64,000 bases of DNA from contig NDHX01000004.1 in assembly GCA_013626165.1 (NCBI GenBank), forward strand, positions 64,565-128,564, in the 5' to 3' direction. The DNA comes from Candidatus Velesiimonas alkalicola. Lineage in GTDB: Bacteria; Omnitrophota; Gorgyraeia; Velesiimonadales; Velesiimonadaceae. Shown here piece by piece: positions 42,385-50,764 of the stretch (positions are counted from its first letter, which is position 1; each line of letters starts with the position of its first letter). The position numbers and the translations under genes are program-made. The notes under the pieces were generated by a model. It ran no database searches and had not been told where the DNA came from. It worked only from the letters and a program-made list of their open reading frames with translations.

Positions 42385-42506
42385 CAATAAAAGAAGTGCA
42401 AAATAAAACGAGAAAATAAAACTATTGAAGAAAGTTATGTCATTGTCGTACAAGTAGATTTCCGCACGGAGTTATTTAGGGTCTGCTGAAAAACTCATCA
42501 GACCCT

Positions 42507-42588
42507 GATTCCACAGATTAAAAAGCAGATTACACAGATTAAAACCCGATGACAAAATCGGTGTAATCTTTCAAAAATCTGTGTAATC
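42507..42588. repeat. 'GATTACACAGAT' element, copy 2
   Basis: Shares ...gtgtaatctttcaaaaatctgtgtaatca with copy 3; downstream of uvrB. Confidence 0.8.
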
Positions 42589-43120
42589 AGGGCTTACTGA
42601 AAAATTTACATCTGTCAAAAGTGCAAGGTTTTTACATAAAAAGAACAAAAAATCGTGCACTTTTAGCGCTATTTTTGTGGTTTAAATCGCTTAATTTCCG
42701 TCGTAGTATCCAAATTTTTAGCATTTTTCAGTAAGCCCTATTTATTAAGTTAGAAAAGAAACAATGCTTATTGTGGCGGTAATGTATCTTGACAGAAATT
42801 TTCAGTTACCATTGGCGGCAAATGTCAGATGGCAGCAGGTGAGATCTTACGCTCCTTTATCTTTTGGAGCTATAGCTATTTCCAAAAGAAGTTAGATGCG
42901 GATGAAGTATTTAGGTTAGCTATGCCAAAGAACAAACAGCTTAGGTTAAACTATGCTGTTACAGGGTAAAAAGACTAAATTTGCCAAAGTTTAGCTGTAC
43001 ATTAAGTTCGTATAATATGCAACAAAAGGTCGATATTATACATTCAATTCGTATAGAAACGAGTTATATGAAATTGCTTTTAATTTGAGAATTATAAAAT
43101 AAAATTGGAGGAATGGAAAA

Positions 43121-43315
43121 ATGGACGTGAAAGAATTAATCGCCAAGGAGATAGAAAATGTTCCTGAGCCCTATCTCATGGAGATACTGGATTTTATCCG
43201 ATTTTTAGAGACTAAGGCTTTGGAACAAAAGATGGAACTTGCATTAGCAAGTGAAGCGTCTCTTAAAAAAGATTGGCTGAAGCCTGAGGAGGATGAAGCA
43301 TGGAAAGATTTGTAA
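43121..43315 (+). CDS. DUF2281-like antitoxin
   Basis: 64 aa, EILDFIRFLETK motif, overlaps downstream toxin gene by 16 nt. Confidence 0.6.
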   Translation: MDVKELIAKEIENVPEPYLMEILDFIRFLETKALEQKMELALASEASLKKDWLKPEEDEAWKDL

Positions 43316-43632
43316 AAGGGGATGTAGTAGTCGTTCCTTTCCCTTTCTCAGATTTAACCCGAGCTAAAAGACGACCGGCTTTGGTAATCGCAGAGTTAGA
43401 AGGTAATGATCTGATTCTTTGCCAGATAACCAGTCAGTCTATTAGAGACAGATACGCAGTTTTAATTGACAAGAATGATTTTGAAACCGGGACGCTTAGG
43501 CGAAAAAGTAATGTGCGACCTAACCGCATATTCACAGCAGATCGTCACATCATCCTGTATCGAGTTGGTCATCTTAAACCTAAAAAGATCGATCAGATAA
43601 TTGAGAGGATAGTATCTATCCTTCGGCAATAA
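43300..43632 (+). CDS. MazF/PemK-family type II toxin endoribonuclease
   Basis: GDVVVVPFPFSDLTRAKRRPALVI PemK/MazF signature. Confidence 0.75.
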   Translation: MERFVKGDVVVVPFPFSDLTRAKRRPALVIAELEGNDLILCQITSQSIRDRYAVLIDKNDFETGTLRRKSNVRPNRIFTADRHIILYRVGHLKPKKIDQIIERIVSILRQ

Positions 43633-43645
43633 ATATGCAACTTCC

Positions 43646-43740
43646 GATAACAGAGCGTATCTGGCTTCGGCTTACGCCTCCGCCCAAATCCCCCTTCGGA
43701 GAACTTCAGATACGCTCGAAACGTTATATGAAATGGCGGT
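43646..43740 (+). repeat. attC-like palindrome 1 (ATAACA-GAGCGTATCTG...CAGATACGCTC-GAAAC-GTTATAT, plus right arm ATGAAATGGCGGT)
   Basis: Begins 14 bp after the toxin stop; inner 11-bp inverted boxes; unequal spacers (1 nt vs 5 nt) next to the AAC/GTT ends. Confidence 0.55.
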
Positions 43741-43746
43741 TCCAAA

Positions 43747-44904
43747 ATGAATGAAGAAAGGAAAACCATGAAAACAAATAATACCCGACAATTAACATTA
43801 GAAAGTTTAGAGGCTATTCCGCTTACTTATGGTTCAATTATTCTAAATAAAGAGATGTTTATTCAAGTTTTGGTTGAGACTAAAACTCTACAGGATTTAA
43901 TTTCTCTTAAGAACAAACTAATTGTATTAAAAGATATTATAACTAATCATAAAAAGGACCAAGAAGGCATATTAAATATTGACGCTAATGGAGATACGGT
44001 CTCCTTACGCAGAGATGTTCTAACTTCTGAATTAAATCAAATCCTTGAGTCGCAAACAGTTGAAAGAGCTAAGTACTATTTAAAAAGATTGGAAAATGGA
44101 GTCCAAAAAGTTAAGACAAGTAAAATCAACGACATAAATCTTTTAAGGTGGAAAGAATATGATGATATTATTACCGATAGCCTTTGGGTATTAGATAAGA
44201 GGGATACTTCAGGTGTCCATCTTGGTTGGTATTGGGGAAATTTCATCCCACAGATTCCGCATCAGACCCTGATAAGATATACCAAAAAAGGAGATTGGGT
44301 TTTAGATGCATTTGTGGGAAGTGGAACGACCTTGATTGAGTGCCGAAGATTGGGTAGAAACGGAATAGGAATAGAATTAAACCAAGAAGTGGCACGAGAA
44401 GCAAAGAAATTGATTGAAAAGGAACAAAATAAAGATAATGTAGTTAGTGAAGTAATAATTGGGGACAGTAGGACGATGAATATAGAAGAAATTTTGACAA
44501 AGCACAAAATTAATCAAGTTCAACTTCTTATTATGCATCCTCCGTACCATAATATTATTAAGTTTTCAAAAGATGAAAAAGACCTTTCGAACGCAAAAAA
44601 TACTGAAGAATTTTTGAAAATGTTTGGGGAGGTGATAAATAATGCAACTCCATACTTAGAAAAAGAGCGGTACTTTGCTTTAGTTATTGGCGATAAGTAT
44701 TCTAAAGGTGAATGGATACCTTTAGGATTTTATTGTATGAATGAAGTATTAAAAAGAGGCTATTTATTAAAAAGTATAATTGTTAAAAACTTTGAAGAAA
44801 CGCGAGGCAAGAGAAATCAACAAGAACTTTGGAGATATAGGGCGTTAGTAGGTGGATTTTATATTTTTAAGCATGAATATATAATGTTATTTAAGAAAAA
44901 ATAG
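43747..44904 (+). CDS. DNA methyltransferase (N6-adenine/N4-cytosine type)
   Basis: FIPQIPHQT (motif X-like), VLDAFVGSGTT (motif I), IMHPPY (motif IV) about 65 aa apart; better RBS before ATG 43768. Confidence 0.75.
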   Translation: MNEERKTMKTNNTRQLTLESLEAIPLTYGSIILNKEMFIQVLVETKTLQDLISLKNKLIVLKDIITNHKKDQEGILNIDANGDTVSLRRDVLTSELNQILESQTVERAKYYLKRLENGVQKVKTSKINDINLLRWKEYDDIITDSLWVLDKRDTSGVHLGWYWGNFIPQIPHQTLIRYTKKGDWVLDAFVGSGTTLIECRRLGRNGIGIELNQEVAREAKKLIEKEQNKDNVVSEVIIGDSRTMNIEEILTKHKINQVQLLIMHPPYHNIIKFSKDEKDLSNAKNTEEFLKMFGEVINNATPYLEKERYFALVIGDKYSKGEWIPLGFYCMNEVLKRGYLLKSIIVKNFEETRGKRNQQELWRYRALVGGFYIFKHEYIMLFKKK

Positions 44905-44915
44905 GAGATAAAACT

Positions 44916-45749
44916 ATGCCATTATTAAGTCAAAAAGAAGTCTTAAATTTAAAACTCAGTTGTATTCCTTTACCGCAGTTAAAACTACCTGCTCTAAACT
45001 TAGGAATAAACAATACAGGTTCAGCAACAGAGATTATTAAAAGAGTTTTGGATAAAGGGGTAGACGAAAAAGTAATACAGAGATTCATAAAACAAAAATA
45101 TAATGAAAGAATCCAGGAACGGAGGGAGGTTATTTCTGATGAGGACTTAAAAAAAGAATTGTTAAAAGTCCAAACCTTTTCTTGGGGCGTGGTTCAAGGG
45201 CAGTTAGATCAGAAAATACAGGCTGAATATGTGAGAAGAATTGTAAGATATGAAGACCTGCTAAATAATGTCAGGGCGAAACTTCACGAAGATGTGACTA
45301 AATATGTAATTTGTACTTGGTTTAATCATTGGACAACTGTGTTAATAGAAGAACATATAAGCACTCACAAGAGGGTGATCCCCACTATTAAAAATATAAA
45401 AGGAATTGATATTTTCTTTGATGGACAGCCATTTGACTTAAAAGTGACCTACCTTCCTCGTGAATATAATCCCTCTGATGCTATAAAAAATCCTACTGAT
45501 TTAGCTGTCTGGCTATATGAAAATCAGGGTGCTCAAAGATTTGGGGCTGACAATCGGTTATTTGTTGTATTGTTGGATAAAGATAACACTGAAAGAAGTT
45601 GGGAATTAAAAAGAGATTTTACTTTAGTATTCCAAAAGATTGATAATTTCTTTGATAGAGAGACGGTGTCAAAGAAAGACGAGATTGTTTTCACTTTTGG
45701 CAGAAAAACATATACAGCAGTTACAAAGGTTTTGATAATAACAAAATGA
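44916..45749 (+). CDS. putative restriction endonuclease partner (PD-(D/E)xK-like)
   Basis: Immediately downstream of the MTase (12-bp gap, RBS ggag); candidate catalytic pattern EEH...GIDIFFDGQPFDLK (D-x9-DLK). Confidence 0.45.
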   Translation: MPLLSQKEVLNLKLSCIPLPQLKLPALNLGINNTGSATEIIKRVLDKGVDEKVIQRFIKQKYNERIQERREVISDEDLKKELLKVQTFSWGVVQGQLDQKIQAEYVRRIVRYEDLLNNVRAKLHEDVTKYVICTWFNHWTTVLIEEHISTHKRVIPTIKNIKGIDIFFDGQPFDLKVTYLPREYNPSDAIKNPTDLAVWLYENQGAQRFGADNRLFVVLLDKDNTERSWELKRDFTLVFQKIDNFFDRETVSKKDEIVFTFGRKTYTAVTKVLIITK

Positions 45750-45750
45750 G

Positions 45751-45869
45751 ACCGCCACTTCATATAACACAGCATAAAAGGTTCGTGCCTTCGGCACTCA
45801 CCCAAATCCTTCGCTATCGCTCAGGACTTCTTTTATGCTGGAAACGTTATATGAAATTCGGCTTGGCGG
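45751..45869 (+). repeat. attC-like palindrome 2 (arms ACCGCCACTTCAT / ATGAAATTCGGCTTGGCGG; ATAACA-CAGCATAAAAG...CTTTTATGCTG-GAAAC-GTTATAT)
   Basis: Same ends and central ttcgtgccttcggcac...cccaaat segment as sites 1 and 3, with a different but perfectly complementary inner 11-bp box pair. Confidence 0.55.
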
Positions 45870-45914
45870 ACGGATAACAAAATTAATGAAAACAAAAACA
45901 TATAGGTGGATGTG

Positions 45915-47327
45915 ATGAAAACGCTTTACGAGGCAAAACAAGAAACTTTGTTTGGGGAAAGGACCATCGAGCAAAAATACTTAGAATTAATCAATAACGA
46001 GCATAACATCTCTAAAGGAGTTGAAGTTTTAGATAAAATTGATTGGGACTTTAAAGATTTTACGACTCAGTATCTTACACATACGTTTCATTCTTACCCC
46101 GCAAGGTTTATACCTCAAATACCTCTGACTTTCATCAAATTATTTACAAAAGAGAAAGAAACTGTCTTAGACCCAATGTGCGGTTGTGGAACAACATTGG
46201 TAGAGGCTTTTTTAAATAATCGAAATTCTATTGGGAATGACTTTAACCCACTTGCAACCCTAATAACCAAAGTAAAAACCACTCTAATTGATGAAAACGA
46301 GTTCAGATATTTTAATAAAAAATTGGCAGTTATGAAGCGATATTTAGATTTGGATTATAGAAGAGTTGATGAAAGAATTAATAATCTGCCTAACAGAAAG
46401 GTAAGCAAGATATTCAACAGGGTTGTAATCTCAAAATTAGAAAGCATCCGTGAAACTCTATTAGAGGTAAAAGAAGAAGGACATAATGACTTATTTGATT
46501 TTGGAAGAGTTGCTTTATCATCAACAATATGGTCATTGGTAGAAAATGGTAATGGAATTGATGTTGATGATGTGTTTCTGAAAAAAGTAAAATCTATGCA
46601 GAATGACCTAAATAGGATGGCTAAGATTATTAGGACTGTTCCGGTTGTAAGAGTAATTTGTGGCGATGCAAGAAAATTAGAGGTTGAAACAGCCTCAATA
46701 AACTTAATAGTAACTTCTCCTCCTTATGTAAATGCGTTGGATTATTATAGAGCCCATATGTATAACATGCTTTGGCTTGGAATGGATTTTGACTTGTTTA
46801 GAAAACATGAGATCGGTGGGCATTCCCATTTCATTATCAATAGATTTAGACTACTTTCAGAATATTTAGGTGATATGCTCCGTTCAATGATAGAGATGAA
46901 TAGAGTTTTGAAAAAAGATAAAACATGCGTAATTGTAGTAGGGAACTCCAGTTTGGAGTATGAACTGATTGAAAGTCATAATTTTTTTGCAGAAATGGGT
47001 GAAAAGATAGGATTTAAGCCAATAAAAACAATTTTTAGGAATATTGATAAAACAAGGAAATACACAAGTGCAGATATAGGGAAAATTGATGATGAATATA
47101 TCCTTGTAATGCAAAAGGTAGATGATACCAATATTTCTGCAGATGATGATAATTTTGTTTCCGATGTTGTGCAAGAGCAGATGTTAGGATTTAAAGAGCA
47201 AATAAAGAAATGTCAAGGCACTTCCATTAGGAGTAGAAAACCAACAAATGAGAGACTATTGAAGAATGTTGATAAGATTAGTGAGGCAATAGAAACGATA
47301 TCTGAAGACACAAAAATAAAGAGGTAA
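45915..47327 (+). CDS. DNA methyltransferase (N6-adenine/N4-cytosine type), paralog of 43747
   Basis: HSYPARFIPQIP (motif X-like), VLDPMCGCGTT (motif I), IVTSPPY (motif IV) about 170 aa apart; RBS aggtgga before ATG 45915. Confidence 0.75.
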   Translation: MKTLYEAKQETLFGERTIEQKYLELINNEHNISKGVEVLDKIDWDFKDFTTQYLTHTFHSYPARFIPQIPLTFIKLFTKEKETVLDPMCGCGTTLVEAFLNNRNSIGNDFNPLATLITKVKTTLIDENEFRYFNKKLAVMKRYLDLDYRRVDERINNLPNRKVSKIFNRVVISKLESIRETLLEVKEEGHNDLFDFGRVALSSTIWSLVENGNGIDVDDVFLKKVKSMQNDLNRMAKIIRTVPVVRVICGDARKLEVETASINLIVTSPPYVNALDYYRAHMYNMLWLGMDFDLFRKHEIGGHSHFIINRFRLLSEYLGDMLRSMIEMNRVLKKDKTCVIVVGNSSLEYELIESHNFFAEMGEKIGFKPIKTIFRNIDKTRKYTSADIGKIDDEYILVMQKVDDTNISADDDNFVSDVVQEQMLGFKEQIKKCQGTSIRSRKPTNERLLKNVDKISEAIETISEDTKIKR

Positions 47328-47332
47328 GAAAC

Positions 47333-48307
47333 ATGAAAGAATTTATTAGCAAAATAATATACTCAATTCTCACAGGGCAAGATTATAGGGCCTATGTTCT
47401 TGCTACAATAAATAAAAGATTCATTGATAAAGCGCAAGAACTGATTTCCGAAGTGTTTGAGCACAAACGAAGAGGTGATAATTGGCTTGAAAAACTTTTA
47501 GAAGACACTTTCAAAAAGAAGGGGAAAGAGAACAAATTTAAACTTCTGTGGTTTGGCGGTTTAAATGATAAGACTGTAAAGAATATGACAGGCGGGACAT
47601 CTACAAAGGAAGTATGTTTGGATTTAGGTAGGAAGAACATAGAAGCATTGAAAATATTGCTAAAAGAATTTGATAGTAGTGAGAACTTATATCAACTCAG
47701 AATAATAATCCGGAAAGGTAAAGAACAAGTTGAATTAGACGAAGTTGAAAGTATATTTTTCGTTAATATTATCTCAGCAATGAAACTAACAATTCAAGGA
47801 GGAGCTTGGAGTGAAGTGGGAAAGAAAACCGAAAAAGGTTTACTCTTTGTGATATTTCGATTACTGAAAATTCCAGAAGATAACTATATTTTAACAACTG
47901 CGGAAATGAAGAAAAAAGGACTGGTTGAGAACAGAGAAATCGATGCCATAGTTTTCAGTAAGAACAAAGAGCCTCTAACTATTGAGTTAAAACTACTTGG
48001 AATCGGAAATCCCGAAATAGGTGACGAGGCACTTGCCAGAAAAGTAAGTTTATTTCTGATAGATAGGTTGACAGAGATGATGAAGGAAGAATCTGAAAAA
48101 ATAGGAATTAAAGTAATTGAATTTAGACAAGAAAATTCTCTAATGGAGATGTACAAGTTTTTCAAATCGAAAAATGTGAGTTGTAGTCCGCCCGAAAAAA
48201 TGACACCAAACGAATTAGAAGACGAAATAAATGGAATAATGAAAGAGTGGAGAGAAGAATCAGAAGATTTAGCTGTAATTAAAAAATTAAGGGAGTGGAC
48301 AAAATGA
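47333..48307 (+). CDS. putative restriction endonuclease partner (PD-(D/E)xK-like)
   Basis: 5 bp after the MTase stop; candidate motif EIDAIVFSKNKEPLTIELK (D-x13-ELK). Confidence 0.45.
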   Translation: MKEFISKIIYSILTGQDYRAYVLATINKRFIDKAQELISEVFEHKRRGDNWLEKLLEDTFKKKGKENKFKLLWFGGLNDKTVKNMTGGTSTKEVCLDLGRKNIEALKILLKEFDSSENLYQLRIIIRKGKEQVELDEVESIFFVNIISAMKLTIQGGAWSEVGKKTEKGLLFVIFRLLKIPEDNYILTTAEMKKKGLVENREIDAIVFSKNKEPLTIELKLLGIGNPEIGDEALARKVSLFLIDRLTEMMKEESEKIGIKVIEFRQENSLMEMYKFFKSKNVSCSPPEKMTPNELEDEINGIMKEWREESEDLAVIKKLREWTK

Positions 48308-48309
48308 TT

Positions 48310-48459
48310 ACCGCCAAGCCGAATCTTGCGGAAACCTTCGGTTTCCTTGCCTCGCCTTCGGCTCGGTCATATAACAGAGCGTATCTGGCTTCGTGCCTTC
48401 GGCACTCTGCCCAAATTGCTCGCTTCGCTCGCAACTTCAGATACGCTCAACCGTTATAC
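48310..48459 (+). repeat. attC-like palindrome 3 (left arm ACCGCCAAGCCGAAT, 45-bp insert, ATAACA-GAGCGTATCTG...CAGATACGCTC-AACC-GTTATAC)
   Basis: Core boxes identical to site 1; no conserved right arm beyond GTTATAC, consistent with being the last site of the array. Confidence 0.55.
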
Positions 48460-48829
48460 GCAATAATTTTTAAAAGTTAAAGAAACGACCCAAAAATTTT
48501 TTGTGAGATTTTTTAGGCAAACGGGCAAAAATTCCTGGTGGGGATGACACTCAAACCCCCTTCCTTTTTGCCCGCCTGCTTTCCGCCGAAGGCGGAATGG
48601 GGTGGAAAAGCGTTTCCGCAATTCCTGCGTCAGCAGGAAGGCAAAACAGAAAAATTTTCTTTTCCTTATTTGAAAAATAGTGGCGAGTGATTAAAAAACC
48701 TATTCCCTTGCAAAAATAACAGTCAAAAAAGGACCAACAGCAAGAATGTACTTATCAAACCTTTTAAGAGAAACAAAAAAACAACAAACAGAAAAATATC
48801 CAGAATAGAACTAATAATTCTCCCTTCCC

Positions 48830-49007
48830 GCCGTGCAGGGATAACGCGTGTATCGTTCAAAACCAGAATGCCCTCGTTCTGAAAATAATCCTCTATATTA
48901 CTGAAAATGTCTTCTTCTGCTATCTTCTTTTTTTTGTCAGGCACTATCAAACAGGCTTTTTCTTTCTCCTTGAGGGGTATTGGGCTATCAACTCCTTCGG
49001 CAGGCAA
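48830..49007 (-). pseudogene. queA: queA N-terminal fragment (S-adenosylmethionine:tRNA ribosyltransferase-isomerase remnant, ~60 aa)
   Basis: SPIPLKEKEKACLIV...NEGILVLNDTRVIPARREG matches the QueA N-terminal region (LVFNNTRVIPARLFG in E. coli); similarity ends abruptly, the rest of the ORF is low-complexity, and no remainder of queA is in the window. Confidence 0.6.
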
Positions 49008-49028
49008 TACTTAAAAAACTTCTGCATC

Positions 49029-50738
49029 TTATGATTTCTTTTCAAATACAATAATTGTGGGATTAAGATATATCAAATCTTCAGGGAGAACTTTCGTCCT
49101 AAAAACAAATGCGAGAAACTGTGGGAATTTTTGAAAAGTTTTTCTCTCTTCGTAAAGTTTTGAACCCCTGAACTCTTCCCAGAAGGCAACACGTTCCTGC
49201 TGTAACTTCAATGGATATGGAGGAAAGGGTGCCTGAAAGGATGAAAGGATAAAATAATCCGGTTTCGTTCCTTCCACTCTCTTAAAATCGTATCCTGTAA
49301 CCACAACATTGTATCTCTGGTAATCAAAAGGGGGCATCTGGAACTGCCACGGCACCTCAGCCACTCCGATACTGCTTCCCGCAGGTATATTCTCCTTAAT
49401 CCACACACCTGCTTCAGTTCTGATATTCTCTCTTATAAAAAGCATCTTGTAACTCATCCCGTAAACAAAAGTCCATAATGCTACAAAAATAAAAACTACT
49501 GATAAAAATTTTTTATTTGCAGGGTACAGTCTTTCGTAAAGCCTGAACCATCCAATACTGCCCATAATAACCAGTGATGGAATCGCAGGCAAGATATACC
49601 TGGCAAAGTTTTTTGCAAAAAGAGAAATAAAAACAAAAAAGAAAACCGTCCATGACAGAAGTAAAACAGTTATTTTTCTCTGATACGTATTTTGTTTTTT
49701 TAACAAAATTACAGCACTTAACATACCTGCTAAACAGAAAAAAAATAAAGGCATTCCCATTCCATAGAATAAAGATTTTAGATAAAACATACCGCTGAAT
49801 GCCTGTTCAGTATGCTGTCCCAATTCAATCAGAGGAGCGGGAAAAGTAAGGAAAAAATACGGATTGGTAACAAAAAACATAATAAAAAATCCTGTAAACG
49901 TAAGACATACTCCCTTGATAAAATTTTTCCAGTTGTTATAAATTAAAGCCATTCCAAGTAAGGGAATAAAAAATGCAACAAGGAAAGTAATCTTTGTCCC
50001 GCAGGCAAGCCCTGCAAATATACCTGCAAAAAATACTCTTCTGAATGAAAATCTCTCCATAAAAAGGACCGTTGTAAAAAGACAAGCCATTATCCAAAAT
50101 ACCCCCGGGATGTCAACATACATATAGAGCGAATTAAGCAGCATTAACGGAGCAAACAAGAGCAGCAAGGCACCTGTAAGGGACTGCCATTTCCGGGAAG
50201 CAAGTTTTGCAAGTAAAAAATAAACCAACAGAATAATACCCACACCGTAAAAAGTTGTTATAACCCTGCCGACAATATAAAACTTTGCTATCTCTTGTGG
50301 ATTTAAAAAATAATAACTTATGTCCGGTACTACGGTGATAACCTTTAATTTAGACAAAAGAAAAATCAGCCCACCCACAGGGTACAGATACGCTCCTCCC
50401 ACTGTAAATTGATGTGGATTAAAATTAAACTCCCCTGGTTTCATCGTAGAAAGGCTCTTAATTATAAAATACTCGTCAGGGTGATAACTACGGATAGGGT
50501 TATACTTGGAACGGGGTAGTTTACGTTCGGTTTCTTCCGGGTGCTGAACCAGATGGGCACCCATCCCCTTCCATGACTCTTCCAGGGGATATTTTTTTAA
50601 TGCATCTATATGTTCTATAACATTTTTCCCATCAGTGAAATAGAGACGATTTAATTTTACAGAAGGTAACCCCCAGTAAATTCCCGAAAATTTAATTAAA
50701 AGTGCAATTATACCGATTAGTATGTATTTATGTTTCAT
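49029..50738 (-). CDS. polytopic membrane glycosyltransferase, family 39/83-like (ArnT/PMT-type)
   Basis: 569 aa with >10 predicted TM helices and an N-terminal loop typical of polyprenyl-phosphate-sugar dependent GT-C enzymes. Confidence 0.6.
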   Translation of the reverse strand: MKHKYILIGIIALLIKFSGIYWGLPSVKLNRLYFTDGKNVIEHIDALKKYPLEESWKGMGAHLVQHPEETERKLPRSKYNPIRSYHPDEYFIIKSLSTMKPGEFNFNPHQFTVGGAYLYPVGGLIFLLSKLKVITVVPDISYYFLNPQEIAKFYIVGRVITTFYGVGIILLVYFLLAKLASRKWQSLTGALLLLFAPLMLLNSLYMYVDIPGVFWIMACLFTTVLFMERFSFRRVFFAGIFAGLACGTKITFLVAFFIPLLGMALIYNNWKNFIKGVCLTFTGFFIMFFVTNPYFFLTFPAPLIELGQHTEQAFSGMFYLKSLFYGMGMPLFFFCLAGMLSAVILLKKQNTYQRKITVLLLSWTVFFFVFISLFAKNFARYILPAIPSLVIMGSIGWFRLYERLYPANKKFLSVVFIFVALWTFVYGMSYKMLFIRENIRTEAGVWIKENIPAGSSIGVAEVPWQFQMPPFDYQRYNVVVTGYDFKRVEGTKPDYFILSSFQAPFPPYPLKLQQERVAFWEEFRGSKLYEERKTFQKFPQFLAFVFRTKVLPEDLIYLNPTIIVFEKKS

Positions 50739-50764
50739 TGTAAAATATTATATATTATCTGTTT

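Larger units (their letters stand above)
43083..48459 (+). mobile_element. integron-like gene-cassette array (three cassettes, no integrase in window; CALIN-like)
   Basis: Gene units each followed by an imperfect palindrome with ATAAC...GTTATAT/C ends (see repeat features); all genes co-oriented; cassette content is TA plus methyltransferase/nuclease pairs. Confidence 0.5.

Noticed and set aside
42385-43120. Search for an integron integrase or other recombinase next to the cassette array
   Set aside because: No ORF of 60 aa or more on either strand in this interval, and no tyrosine-recombinase-like ORF anywhere in the window. The array is therefore described as integrase-less.
48723-48829. 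C-terminal third of minus ORF 48723..49007
   Set aside because: After the QueA-like segment the translation becomes hydrophobic low-complexity (ILDIFLFVVFLFLL). It is treated as non-coding read-through of a truncated pseudogene.
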